Source: Ascidiella aspersa (lineage: Eukaryota). Taken from it: a DNA stretch of 64,000 bases. Under the pieces are notes generated by a model that was not told the origin of the DNA, ran no database searches, and was given only the letters and a program-made list of their open reading frames with translations. Location of the stretch: contig OZ004610.1 of assembly GCA_963924565.1 (NCBI GenBank), forward strand, positions 16,306,001 through 16,370,000, given 5' to 3'. Of the stretch, positions 37,001 to 50,970 are shown piece by piece (the first letter of the stretch is position 1; every line of letters begins with the position of its first letter). Position numbers and translations under genes: made by a program.

Positions 37001-40000
37001 ATATTTGGTATGATACGCATAGCCCTTATCATATAAATTTTTTGTACACAAGACTTGGGTCATCACGATATATCACGATATATATAGTCTCCAATCACTC
37101 TCAATTATAAAAAGGTTGGTGATGGGCTCCCAAAGCTTTACTCAAGGGTGTGTAACCCTTCACCGACGAGCTGATACATGTATCAGGATTTAAACCACGG
37201 ACCATTTGCATGCAAATTCTACCGCGGCTCAAAGCGCAATTCTTTGTAGCCTATTGATCAATGAGCGAAATTCTTGAACCCCAGCCAGGAAAGCCAACCA
37301 ACGTACGTTAAATACATACCAAGTTACACCTAAAATGTACTACAACTGGAGGCGAATGTGAAAACAAACTTAAGCAATTCGAGAAAAATGCCGGTTTACA
37401 AATTAATTTTAACTAGCCCAATATCAAGAAAACAGCCAGTTTCTGACATTTCTTCGAAAATAAAGCAATCTTTAGTAACTTACACCGAAAAGCCATTGCA
37501 GACTCACCGAATCTGTCGATCAATGATGCAAGCAGAGCAGACTAGAAAAACAACTAGCCTGCAGTGAGGTTCGTACTCACGACCTCCGGTCAAGCCGGGA
37601 CCGTCGCTCTACCAACTGAGCTATGCAGGCTCAGAAGGGAACGAGTCGAGAAACAACCATACGCCAATGCTTGCTCAATCTGTTAGTACAGTCTTTAGTA
37701 ACTTGTTTTGAATTAAACCATATTTTGGTTCTTATGCAGGTTACCCGAAATCACTTAATGAAACTGTGTTCATCAACACTATCTTCAAGAACATTAAATG
37801 GCATCCGTGGCATTTGTTTGTTTCGCCAATCTTTTTTAACCAATAACAGTCTCTACGCTGTTTTGTCTGCTCTGTAAATGAGTAGCCAAATGACAAATTT
37901 TGCATCTTTTTGATGTCTTAAGTAATACAATGGGCTTAATCACACAAATTTAATAAAGACCAAATAGGAAATTTTGACCAGAGATCCTTCCTAAACTGTA
38001 GGCCTCCTTTCCAAAGTGTTCAATAAGACACAGATGTATTGCTGCGTAAATAACTTCACTGTTAATTAACGCCGCAGTGCCTAATCTGACTATAATATTA
38101 TTATAGCAAAACATTTAAAAAAATTAAATGCAAATATCTCAAAATCTCATATAACTCAAAAGAGAACAAGGACGGTTTCAGAATCACCAACAAAAACTTT
38201 TAGAATTTCTAAATAATATTTCCGTTTAAAGATTACTGATGATTAGTTTTATGTGTTCAACTGTTGTTCTTTACCAGTAGGCTAACGAAAGCATACTTGT
38301 ATCTTTACCTGAGGTCCAAAATAACCCGGAAACCCGCGCCTTCCTGGTTTGCCTTGGAATCCAGGATCTCCTTTTGGACCCTAAGATAAATATCGTTATT
38401 TTTTATACAGTATTATTTAGGTGGTACTTTCCATATTTGGAACTTTTACTTTAACCCTTTTTAACCACAATAATCTAAGTCTGCAACACATTTTAACCAA
38501 AACAATTAACCGGTGCTCCTTGATCTCCTCTTGGTCCTGATGCTCCTCCTACTCCAGATTCACCCTTAACAATAAAACATTGCTTCCATCCGTTGTCACT
38601 ATTTAAGTTGTAATGCTCTACCTTACCTTTGGTCCAGGATTTCCGATCTGACCTGGATGCCCCATTTCCCCGGCATTACCCTGTTGTAAAGAGAAGATAA
38701 GGCTAACGATTACAAGTTTAACAGTTGTTTTGTAATTGTTCAAAATTGTCAAAAACTAGCAAGAACAGGAATACCGTAGTATATATGTTTGGGTTCGAGG
38801 CCTCTTGGCCGCAATAATATAGCCCAAACTTCAGGGGGGCACACTTTAATTTATTTTAAAGCAAATAAAAAATATAAACAATACAAAATGTATATTTCAA
38901 AATGGACAAAACGTACCGGTCCGCCAGGCTCCCCTTTTCGTCCGATCAAGCCCATAGTTCCCGTTTTTCCCTTTACGTAAAATACAAGCGAGTGTTAGTA
39001 CTTCCTGCCCATCATTAATTTATATGTACAAAGCTTTCACCTGATCTCCTTTTGTACCGCTCAGTCCGCGCGGTCCAATCCTACCAATTGGCCCTGGAGC
39101 ACCATTTTCACCGCGGCGCCCTGGCTTACCCACTGGTCCCTTAAAATAAATATAGTTTGCCAATCAGTACAATAAGAATTAGTTTTTTACTAGTGGAGTT
39201 AGCAGTTTATTAAAAAATAAAAAGTCAGTACATTTTTACAAAATTAAAAAATACAGTGGAAATGTAATGGTTTTTAAGTTATTAGTAGGGCGAATATTTT
39301 TGACCTAAAAATTGAGAAATTTTGACCTGAAATAATTTATTTTGACAAAATTTTAACATGTTAGAAAAACATTGATTTAAATAACCTCGGCGTCGTTATT
39401 CACACGTTTTTTATACCGTATATTGCTCTAACAAAGATATCATATTTACGGTTAAAATAACTTTGAATATAAATCAAAACTAAATTATCTTTAATAAATT
39501 GAACAAAAAATTAAAACAAAAAAAAAAAATTTATAAAAGCTGACTATATTTTTTTATTAATTGTGTCAAAGATTTATGTGCATTTTTTTCAATTTTGACT
39601 TAAAAAAATTTCAACAAATTTTGACCGAACGTGTAAATTTTGACCTAACATGTAAATTTTGACTTTTTTTGATAATTAAAAAAATAATCGCCCTAGTTAT
39701 TAGGAATATAGTTTATTTTGCTTTATAAAACTTATTTGGGTTTAACTATTGTAATTTGTAAGTTATTTTTATATAGTGGAAAACTCGGATTTAAAACCGA
39801 AGCTGAAATGCTCAAAATAATTGGGTTATTCAATTATACCCTGAGGTCAGACCTCTGCTGCCTCCCCTGACTTTAGTACGCTGTGTTTTAAAATTTAATT
39901 TCACTTAGTTACGCATGAGTGAATGTCAGTGTGAAATAATGTGGGCGCTAGTTTTTTATGATTGTGGCAGAGAGTAAATAAAATAAGGGTACGAGTCGCT

Positions 40001-43000
40001 TCCTTTTTTTTTCAATACTTCATCCTAAACCTTTATGTTTTGCTGCAGTTTTTTCACATCCTTAGCCCGAGAATAAATTGCCTTGCAGACAGCCCTCATT
40101 CAGACTGAAAGATCAGTTACTTCTAGTAGTGTTAGTGATATTGTACTTGCCCCATCAGCTATATATTCTGGTAACATACCTTCGCTCCCTTTTCTCCCTG
40201 TCTTCCAGGCTTTCCGCCGTTCTTTCCCGGTATGCCCTAAATAGTGAATTTAACCTATATGTAATTAAATATGCTTTTAAAGATTGTTTGCAGTTTAGTC
40301 ACATACTAACCGGAATACCAGCGAGACCCTCGATGCCGTTTGAACCACTTTCTCCTTTTGATCCCTAAAATTAAGCAAGTTTAATATTACACCTAATATT
40401 TCCGTTTCATGTATCATGATAGGCGATATATATATGTGTATTGAAAAAACTTTTTTCGAAACAATAAAAGTGTGCTTTCAATAACATCACCCAATAAAAA
40501 AAATTAGAACTGATAAATGCTGCAACCTTTTCTCCTGATGGTCCTGTAGGCCCAGTTAATCCTGGGTGCCCAGGAATTCCAGTTTGCCCAATCATTCCAA
40601 TGGAACCTTTCACTCCTTGTGGGCCAACATCACCCTTTAAAATAATACACAGCATTTGAGAAATTCCTTTCACACTTTCTTTAAAGAAAACTTACCTTGG
40701 TCCCTCTTGAACCTTTAGAGCCTTTGTACCCCTGAGGCCCAGGTAGACCCTGCAATTGAGTAATAATTTATACATCTGCATTTTTAAATAAATGATTCTT
40801 AGACTAATGATGCAAAGCCCTATATGGATTGACGCTGCGAAATGAAAAGCACGTGTGACGTGGACGACTTCTACTTACGCGTTCCCCTTGATACCCATGT
40901 GGACCGTTTGCTCCCCGGACACCATGATCACCCTTGGATGTAAAACAGTTTTAAACAAGCCTACTTTAATAGTATAAATTGTATTGTTTTTAAGGCCGCC
41001 TTACCTTTCTTCCCGGTAGTCCAGGTTTTCCGGTTTCGCCCTTGTCACCGTGATGACCCTGGTTTAAAGTTCTATACTTACTTGGATAAGAGTATTATGT
41101 ACTTAAGGCAGACATTGGGAGTATTTCTAACATTATTATTATACATGTTATATGCAGAATTTTGAGAAAAAAATTTATTTAACTATATCTACAAACATCC
41201 GATTCGAATTGTTTCCAGCGCTTAATTGTAGCGCTCGTATTCGGGTGCTATAAAAGAAGCAGCCCAGTTTTTCTTCAAATAAAATGCCATTTCATCATTA
41301 GCCTACTAATCGAAGTTAATAATTCGACAAAGGAAGATGTAACCGGTAAGTTAGGCAAGTTAATCTCTTACAAGTATATTTCAGCGGTTAATGTTTGCCA
41401 AGATTTTTTAGAAATCTACCTTCGCGCCATAAAACCCACGAGGCCCTGTCTGTCCGGGAGTTATTTGGCATCTTGGTCGAGGTGCGTGAACTGGCGGAAC
41501 ACCACTGGGTTTTACGACTACTAGCGGTTGACTCCCAGGAAGGTCTCTTCGGAAGTAGTGGTTGCTTCGAAGTTGTAGCGGGGTTGTGTGAAATCCAGTA
41601 TGATGAGTTACAATTGAAGGGGATGTTGCTACCTTGCTGGCAGCCGGGTTGCGCGGCACTGTTTCATTACGTTTTCTACTCTCTCTGAGGTTTCTGTTTG
41701 GTTCGCGCTTTTGTTGAATGTAGTTAGATGATTCAGGCCAGCGTTGTTCGTGTTTTTCATTGATTTGAAGTTTCTCATTGCTCTCGACTTTAACGAAATT
41801 CGGCTTGTGTTCAATGGAGAGGGTCGCTTTCGCCTCTTTGTTTGTCGTAAGAATATTTGTGTTGCGTTGGCTTGGTTGCACTAAAAGGCTTGTAGCACAC
41901 TGCACGAACAACAGAATCACTTAAAACAAGAGAATCACAATACATATATATATATATATATTTAAAATAACATTTGGAATTTCTATAATAAGCAAAACAT
42001 CTTTCAATACGGTTTATTGGTAATGAATTTTGTTCGTAAATGAACGAGTGCGTCATATCACTATTTAATGTAAGGTATTGAGTATCCGATATTAACGGTT
42101 CGGAGCCGATACCGATGCCAAATGGTTTTATTGGTACTCTTTGTTGTCTAAAATATCGAATATCGGTATCGAAATAAAATGACCAGTATCGGACATCCCT
42201 AGTATTGAGTCCAGTCAAACTCATACACTAATTATTAGATAAGGTTATGGTTATAAATATCTGAAAAATGTTGGTTGATACGTGTTTGACCAATATGGAA
42301 AAAAGGATATACAAGAATGATTAAATTTAGAATAACAAGTGTAAAACTTGATAAATTGTTGCGTTAGGTTTATGTTGGAAAACAAATTTGTTAAAACGTG
42401 GAAAAGTTTGCGGGTAATCTAGTTAAGACCACCCTATAAAAATAGGTGAAATAGAGACCCGCTGAGAATAATGGACATGTTTAGGAGCTTTTGATATATT
42501 AACAAGGTGGGTTATATTTGCGAAAATATGCACCTGCGATTTAAAAAGCATTGAGTATTTCTTGCTCATGTTACACTTACTGAGTCCCCAGGGAGAATGC
42601 AGCAATTAAAGTGTCTGTTGATCAACTCTTCCTTATATGTTGTGTTGAACCAAACAACTAGTTCTTGAAGATTGGCCTAATCGAATAAGGCAAATAGTTA
42701 CATAAAACGTTAAAATAGGTTGTTACAACTTATGAGCATCATGCCATCACAAATTTAAAACTGAGTAGGATTATTTTATGACAATTTCAGTTTACCAAAA
42801 AACCATCGACCTCGTTTTAGTTAGTGGTTTTAGTTAATACAGTGGTCGGCAAACGGTGGACCGCGGCCCAAATGTCGGCCGCAGAGCCATTTTTAGTGGG
42901 CCGCGAGTTCCTTTAAAATAGTTTAGTGTTATCATTTAGTTGTGGGCCGCGTGATAGCCGTATATTCATTGCACTTTAATTTAAAAGTTAGTGTGTCATA

Positions 43001-46000
43001 GATTTTTTAAATTTGGCTCAGCTTGGAAAGGCTCCCGTGCCAAATGTTGTTCTGAGAGCCTGTCGAACTATATTTCTTGCCGACTTTAAATCTATGCAAT
43101 TAATAAAACTTTTCGCGCCTCGCGCGTATATTCTTCGTTTTATAGTGTGTTTTACATACTACAAAACATAGAAGTGTTTTGGGCATTAAGGCGTCGTGTA
43201 ATATTTCACTTTAAAATCAAATATCCTGTATCCGCCACTGTTTACATAGTTGTTTTACGTAGTGGGCCTTTATAAGCTCTGAAAAGAGTACTTTTGGCCG
43301 CGGCAAAAAAAGTTTGCCGACCACTGAGTTAATATATACTTAAAGCTTTTATAAGAACTATCTTTTGCGCGCTGTTTAGGACTAAAGGAAGGCAAAAGGG
43401 ATAGCATCAGACTAGCCTACTGTACACAAGGATATGGAACTGCCCCCTTAATTGTTTTCTTTGATTGTGACTATTAGACTGGTCAAATACTTAAATATAT
43501 AATCCTAAAATTTCGTAACACAGTCCTTGAATATCTTACAAAAAAGAACAGTTTTAACAAAATTAACACTTGAATGTTATTTTGCCAAAAGGTATGCCTA
43601 TCAGGATTGAAAAAAAACATATCATTGTAATTGTTTGTTGCACTCTTCACCAAATTACCTATTTAAATAATGTTTTATTAAGGTGATTGATACTTATTTT
43701 TTTAAGACAAAAATTAATTTGCTAAAACAATCTTCAATAAAATACTACTAATCCTACCGAAACAGTTTCGTTCGTCAGCACGGCCCTTGCCACAACAATT
43801 GATCCATCAGTGGAAATTGAAACTGGTTTAATCAATTGTTTGTGCCCAACTAATCCACAATCAATCGTTAGGGTGAGCTGTGTTGTAGTAACGTAAAGAG
43901 ATAATGTATGATATCCCTCTTGAAACAACTTGGATACACCTGATAGCAATAGCATTTTTTAAGTTTAATAATAGTAGCAGTCTGTTAAATTTTAAACAGC
44001 TTGATCTAGGTCTCTATAGGTTATTGAAAGTGGTGGTCTCGGTACTGAGTTGGTAGTTCTCGACGCTTACGCAATTTTTTGCAGAAACCCCATAAAATGA
44101 CCTTTACAAGTATCAACTTAATATAGTTTGCTTTGTTTCAACATATATAGTAGGCTAATCACGTCATTAGTTATCGGATCGAATGGCGTCAAGTTGTTTT
44201 TTAAATTATGAGGTATTGGCATCGATATAAAATGTCAAGAATCAGGCAAGCCTAACTGCAATAAATAAATAACGACGTGTAGCAAATAGTTAAACCCAAA
44301 TTAGTATTTAGAAGGTGACGCTTTTCAAGAAATATGGGTCTGAGGCAAATATACCAAGCGAATAAACAATATACCAGCGGAAAAGCTATTAACAGTTTGT
44401 CCTAACCAACATTGTAAGGTAAGGGTAGACAAATCTGGCCTGCAATGAGACTCCGTGTACCACCCAGCATAGGGCTCTGTCGACTGAGCTACGCAAACTA
44501 AGTGTGACCTTGCCGAGGAACTACCAAAGCACCGTTTCTTGCGCGAGCATATAACCTAGTTTAAATGAGTTTACAGCCCTCGCCTGGTATATACTATGTT
44601 AGCCGTTATCGTTTGTCAAGTACAACTTCAAGTGGAATATAGTTCCCAGTTATGTATTTCATGACTAAGATCCGAATGAAATATGTTTAAATTAATTTCA
44701 AAATAAAACTTATCAGTTTATCAAAATTACCATAAAAGTTTTGTGTAGCTTCAGGTGTGATAAATTGAACTCTTCTTAAAGGATTTGAACCCATGATTCT
44801 TAATGACGCGCTTACGTCGCCTGATGGCAGTCTTACTTCATATATTGCCCAGTCCTTTTTTGCGATGTCCTTGTTCATTTGAAGCGTACTTGTTAGGACA
44901 AAGGTCCTTGGAAAGTTATTTGTAAAGCGTGTACTACAAATCAAGTAATAATTGGTATTAACTATAACGAAAGTACAATTTTTAAAGCGTTTATTATCGC
45001 AACATTTTTAGATCACCAACCTGGCTGACTGTATTTGAATGTAGAACTGTGGCCTAATCCCATAACTCATTTGTTCGCTGTTGCTTCCTTCTCCCCCTTG
45101 GTTCACTCCATGCAGACTATTTTTGTCTACTGCCTTTAGAATGTCGAAACCTTGAAGTTTTATGACATAGTATATTGATACATATTCTTTTAAATTCACA
45201 GGTATAAAAGCTTACCCGAAAGACCTTTGTTTTCTATGTTGCAGTTTTCGCAAATGTCCGCTAAAAGTAAAAGTCGCGGTAAGGAAAGGTATTCTTATTA
45301 AAAACAGCCAAACTGTTATTTGAGTATCTCATATAGTTAGTCAATGACTTTTTAGTTTACATAGATTAAAACCAACCTGTACAAATATCTCTGAGAATGT
45401 TGCGCACCGCCAGTTGAAGCTCGTTAAAGTTTTCAATATATTGCACGTGGGGTGGTTGGTTTTGAGATGCAATGTCCCCCAAATCTACGCCCCGAATACT
45501 GCGCCCAATCTGCCAAAAAAACAAAACGTAAAAAATTAGTAATCGTATTACTTCTTACTCTAATATAAACAGTTCCTTCTTTTACAACAATTAGGACACG
45601 AATCTTAACTTAGGCATTCGGGAAATGTAATAAATATTTAGAAAACTTATCTTATTTTATGCAGTTTATATAGGATTAGAAGCCAAAGAGTTTTCCAAAA
45701 AATAGTAAAGTTACCCCGATGGCATAACGTTCAACCCCCTTGTTTTCGAGTTGCCTGACGCCTTCCAATACGTCTTTCTGCGATGACCATTTCCCATCGG
45801 TGATCAGGAACATCATTCTACGGACACTATTGTCCCTCTTTCTTGCCCCCTTTTTCACATTAAACCTATTTATAAAAAATAACATAAATGTGACTCTCTT
45901 TTGTGTATTTAAAGTAATACATAAATAATTTGTAGCTGTAGGCCTAAATAATTATTCTTTTAACAATTTAGCAGTAGGTGAAATACTGAAAATAAATAAA

Positions 46001-49000
46001 TTTTAAATACATATCCGACGTTTTTAATTAACACATGACAGACTTGTTTTATGGTTTTCTATAAATGATAAAACATGTGCGTCAAAGATCGCAATTTTCT
46101 TCGTTAAAGCACATTGTTTTTTGACATTTTAATAGGTTAGGTTGGAGTATGAGCTATTCGTTTTAAATTGTGCATGGATCAGCACATTAACTGACTATGC
46201 TACCCCGTATGTCGCGCCTTGTTCAATATTTTTTTAGTCTTATTCGAATAACTTACATTCTTGTGGCCGCGAATTTCAGGGCGCGCCCAGTAGCGGTTCC
46301 TTTACCCTCATACTTGATTCCCTTGAAGACGCTCTCGAGTTGCGTGTGGTTATAAAAGGAATTTAGAAACACATGAGGTCGAATGCAACTGCTATATTGC
46401 ATAACGCCGACCTGCGGAACAAGCATGGTCATCGACAAATTGCGGTTTACAACTTGACTTATTTTCGAGGCACATATTGCCAATACTTAGGTAAGCATAC
46501 AACACAAGTTTTACGAAAAAAACAAAATCAGTTTTTAAATTATCACAAATTGTTTTTCCCAGGTTGTTGTATACAGAAATCAAGTGAATAACTATTAAGG
46601 TGAGAAATTTTGACAACCCTTCTAAGAAATGTGTAGGTGGTGAACTTAAATCTGTTAATACTTTCTTAAACAAACAAAATGTACCACCGCAGTACGATAT
46701 ATGAGCGATTATAATCTATAAAATGGCTCTGTCAACTTTGGTGAAATCATGTTTCTCAGAAGATTGTATAAAATAAACATAACTTTGCATCAAGTATTTA
46801 ACAACTTATCGAGTGACAGGGACTGCTTCGTAGCACATGTGTTTAAACCATTAATCTGGATTAACGGTGCTTTCCGAAGTGTCAGCTTTATAAGCAGCAG
46901 CAACCCAGTTTACGATTGCGCAACGCAGAACGATATGATTAAATTATAACATCGCATGTGAAGACAATTATTACCCGCGTTTGGTTCTTTTGAAGGTCCA
47001 GACTTTTTACCATTCCGATAACGCAGCCAATCGTTCGCTGGAAGTTTGACTGCCCCACACTCCTCGATCCATCCACAACAAACACAAGGTCAAGCTTTTT
47101 ATCCTGACACAAGCCTGAACAAAAACGTCAACTCGTACTAACAGTACCAGAATATTATTCAACATTACGTAAAAAAGTGTTATAGTTACCGGCAAGCGTT
47201 GCTTTGCTGTCTGTTGGATAACTTGCTCTGAAAATATTTGGTTAAAAATAAAACAAATTATAGAAAAGCCGATTTCTGATTAATGCATCTTTGTTTGTAA
47301 AACAATGTCTTAAATTAAGATATAATATATTTGCCAATATCAAATAATTTTTAGCATAAGTAATGTGGAAGTTCAAGAAAATCTTAAAATTTATCCATAT
47401 TTATTTAAGCAATTAATCCCCAACCTCCCACATCACCGCTTACAATTGTTGTGGACTCAACTATTAACGCAAATTCCAGTTACGTTAACACAACAAAACG
47501 ATCGTCGCAGGGCAGCATATAAGTTTTATTCTTCTGCTTTCTTTGCTAAAACCAAAGAATGAGTCCGGTGGTCTATAGATTAGCTGAAAATATGAGTATC
47601 GATTTTGGGCGACAGCTACTTGCGAGTGATGGTTAACTGGCTAACCTGATGGCAAGCAATGTTAAGCAGATTACGCTGTCAGCGTAAGCAAGACGATTTA
47701 AACAAATTCATGCTGGGATATCGGATAATGTTGGTGCACCGCCGTTTGCTTCTGCGTCAGCAATGTGAGCCAATGTCGTGTTAGGCATTTTCCAAATACT
47801 TTTGGTTTTATCGCTTTTCACCTGAAATTCAGCTGAGAAAATCGGCGGCATTTTTTCATGGAAAAATGTTTTTCTATAGCTTTGAAGAAAAATCTTGTCC
47901 TTAAATTAGTTTGACTATTTTTTTGTGAAAATCTTCAAGCTTGGAAAAATGCTTGAAATGGAGAACACATGTTGTGTTACTGCAACTATATGAATTCTTT
48001 AATAGGTTCGTGTGATTTCTTGAATGGGGTAGAAACGCCTATTGTGTGCACCTGTTTCCTAAATAATCTTATCGTATATGTGTTTAGAACTGTAAACTGA
48101 TTGAACTTCAAGCGACATTTAACGTTCAGAATCAACTTTAAAACCTGCAGCATTTTTTTTCAATTCGGCTTTGTGAACTTCATCAACACGTTATAAAAGC
48201 CGTCCTTCTTAATGGTTGTTTACGGTTTTGGAGTAGCATTGGGTGCCAGGTACTAATGTAAACGAGATAAATTTGTTATAGTTTAAGCATCCCTCGACAC
48301 ACAAGTTTGCACTAAACTTCCCGACAAACAGTTCTATCGCCGACTGGCTGAGTGGTAGTGCAACTCGATAAGGAGCCCCGAAGCATTTCGGCAAAAAAGC
48401 CACTTTGCGCGCGTATACACTGTGAATCAATATCGGTAAAATCGATCCAAAAAACACGCTTGCAAAAATGCGATCTATGCTGACACACGGCACTTTTAGC
48501 GTATTACCTTTCGCTAATTTTGCCTTGTTCGCCTTTTACAATCCTAATTTATTTTTTAAACGAGCTAATATTAAGTTCAGACCATCGAGCCTATAGGTAC
48601 TGATACGCCTTCGTTTTATAATTCCCGACAATGTCTTGTGCGCAAGTGCCACAAGCTCAATCATGATATTTTGCTTTGGTAAAATTCTTAACCCCTGATT
48701 ATTTTAATCAGCAACAAAAGCTGATGATAAAAAGGAAGAAATAGCGAAGTTCGACAAAAAATGCATTTTTTTCACCAGCACAACAAATACAGCGTGAACA
48801 CACTCGTTTCTAACAAAACTATATTTATTTTTAGCTATGCGTACAGGGGATATGATTTAAAGAGTTGCAAAATAGGTTATCCTTAGATAATGAAGTTATC
48901 TGTTATAGGCCCTAATAATTTACTACACCTTTCTTCATCCAAATATGCGACGTTGTCGATTCTTTCATTAAAACGGTGTAACCTGCGATTTAAAATTTTC

Positions 49001-49587
49001 TCTGCGAAAAAAGAGGAAAATTTCATAAAAAATGTGCTTCGACATTTTCGACAACTGGATTGCGTAATAAAATCGGTCATAAATTTTATTACCGAAAGTT
49101 TAGATTTAATCTGGCACAGCAGAAGTAAGCTTACTTAAAACTGTATGCTAATTTTTGCAGTAAAATTAATACACGGTTTTAAGTTAGTTTCCCGATTTAC
49201 ATTTGTTTACCAGCAGAACAATTTGGACAAAAATACGTTTAGCATGGTTCATAAAAGCGCCGAGAATCATATTATACTTATAAATCCCTGTACGCCAATG
49301 TAATGCTAATGACTTTATGTAAAATCGGCAGTATTAATTTTATTAAATACAACAATTATTAATTTGTAATATAATTTACAATCGATTATTTATCAGTCAA
49401 TTGATTTAAAAGATTATAACTTATATTATATAATATACATATATGTCATATATTTTACACACATGTAATAAATCGTCTAAGCATTGCTTGTTTAACCCGC
49501 GTCAGAAAACTGTCTGGATTTACCTGTTTTGAAAGCAACGCTGCGGGCGAGATGCAAGAGAAGAATGGCAGATAGAAAACTCGACAT
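34050..49587 (-). CDS. FACIT collagen alpha chain, COL21A1/COL22A1-like (signal peptide, VWA, TSPN/LamG, non-helical insert, interrupted Gly-X-Y helix, C-terminal CxxxxC); terminal exon uncertain
   Basis: Signal exon 49587-49524 ([21 protein letters not shown]); [20 protein letters not shown] (MIDAS), VGVMQYS, TATGRAL, FLITDG; [38 protein letters not shown]; many short Gly-X-Y exons 41430-35400; GVCLPTDC then TKGP. Confident to ~35000; the final exon at ~34107-34050 is tentative. Confidence 0.88.
37482..37691 (-). mobile_element. mobile repeat with internal tRNA-like cloverleaf (SINE-like), copy 2
   Basis: 13-bp direct repeat TCTTTAGTAACTT (37469-37481, 37692-37704); cloverleaf 37630-37557 with GCCTGCA/TGCAGGC, GCTC/GAGC, CGGTC/GACCG and GTGAG/CTCAC stems. 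Confidence 0.8.
39286..39696. mobile_element. AT-rich hAT-type MITE with TTTTGAC subterminal repeats
   Basis: TIRs TAGGGCGAATATTTTT / AAAAATAATCGCCCTA; perfect TSD GTTATTAG. Confidence 0.9.
42083..42201. mobile_element. tiny hAT-type MITE (CCGATA repeats) with damaged left TIR
   Basis: Right end TATCGGACATCCCTA; 8-bp direct repeat GTATTGAG at 42075-42082 and 42202-42209. Confidence 0.7.
42840..43326. mobile_element. hAT-type MITE
   Basis: TIRs CAGTGGTCGGCAAAC / GTTTGCCGACCACTG; perfect TSD AGTTAATA. Confidence 0.92.
44435..44550 (-). mobile_element. degenerate third copy of the tRNA-like repeat
   Basis: GCCTGCAATGAG...GCTCTGTCGACTGAGCTACGCA...CGAGGAACTACCA resembles 37557-37680. Confidence 0.5.
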
Positions 49588-50970
49588 ACCTTTATTTTGG
49601 TTTCCTAACATTATAAACATGCGTTGCAACTTTGCAAGCGAACGAAAACTCATTTCATCCCAAATAAATATTTGTTTAAAAATTTACACTCGTTCTAACA
49701 AAAAATAATGCTTTTAAGTGATGTTTCAATCAGGCTGTAGTCCGTGTTTAGTCCATAATGCACCAGCATTTCGCTAAGTCACAGTAGATTGTTATCGCTC
49801 TTGTAATGGCTATCCGCTTGTACGTCCTAGACACGTTCTTCCATAAATGACCATCTGGTTAGGACATATATTGTTAACTTGTTTGGTCAATTAGTTCATT
49901 CGCAAATATGAAGTGCTTTGAACAGTTAGCACTTGTTTGTGAAGCGGTCCTAGCTTGCACAACGACATCAGCCAATGGGGGTGGTGCGGTGACGTTTTAA
50001 ATAAGTGTGAATGGATTATTAGTTAACAGCACTGCAGTGTGATATTGAAGACAGTTTCATGATATTCTAAAGTTTTAAACTAAGCGAACAACGTTTTCAT
50101 ACCTTGAACTTGCCACGTGCCCTTTATATTTTGCAAGGCAATAGATGTCATTTTTCTTTAGTATAGTATGCATCAATTCTCACAAGCCCACTTACATGCC
50201 TAGGTACAATGCAAAGTTGTTTTTCAAGAACTGAAAAGTTATGTAGCACTTTAGAATCTTTCGAAGCACACTAGTGTGACACGACACACAGTGGAAGTGG
50301 AAGAATCAGTGGTCTAAACCTGTATACATGGACCTAACACGTTGTTTAATTCAGTGCCCAAATTATATTACTTAAAAATATTTCAATTACCTGTAATAAA
50401 AGGTAAACATATATATAGCGAAAGGAAAAGCGTAAATAATTATATGTTTTTTGTTTATTCAAACAGCAGCTCACAACAAAGAACAACCAACAGAAAAGTA
50501 CAACTTAAACCAACAAAACAGTAAGAAACGAAAACAAAAGGAAAGCACAATTTGCTTGAAGGCTAGATTTATACATTATGTATACACGCACCAAGCTGCT
50601 CAATACAAACTAGCTGTTTTTTTGTTTACGAGATTTATCTAAGGCAGATTCAGGTCAAAACATTTAACACGCCTATAGCGGAGAAGGCAAAATGCTTTGC
50701 TTTCTATCGAAAAACAGCATTGCCAGGTGCGTTTGAGTCGTTTAAAGTCTTCAAGCATTGATGGTGTGCGTGTAGACTGTTTAGAATTCGCAGGACGGTC
50801 ATCGCAATATGCGGAAAGAAAACAAAGCAACAAATATGCGACGGATTCACAGTGTACGCTGATCAGTCGACTCGTGACGACTGGCTCGCTCAAGGCCACG
50901 TACTAGGGTTGGCTGTCGACCCTAATTTCAAAGTAAACTTTTGTCGATCGACTTTGCAATCGTGCAATTC

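Noticed and set aside
37557-37630. Functional tRNA gene
   Set aside because: Anticodon loop lacks U33, the T-loop is TAC, there is an extra base before the anticodon stem, and diverged copies exist at ~12.0 and ~44.5 kb. It behaves as a repeat.
48883-49138. Short ORFs in collagen intron 1 as extra exons
   Set aside because: Phase is incompatible with the signal-peptide and VWA exons, and there is no recognisable motif.
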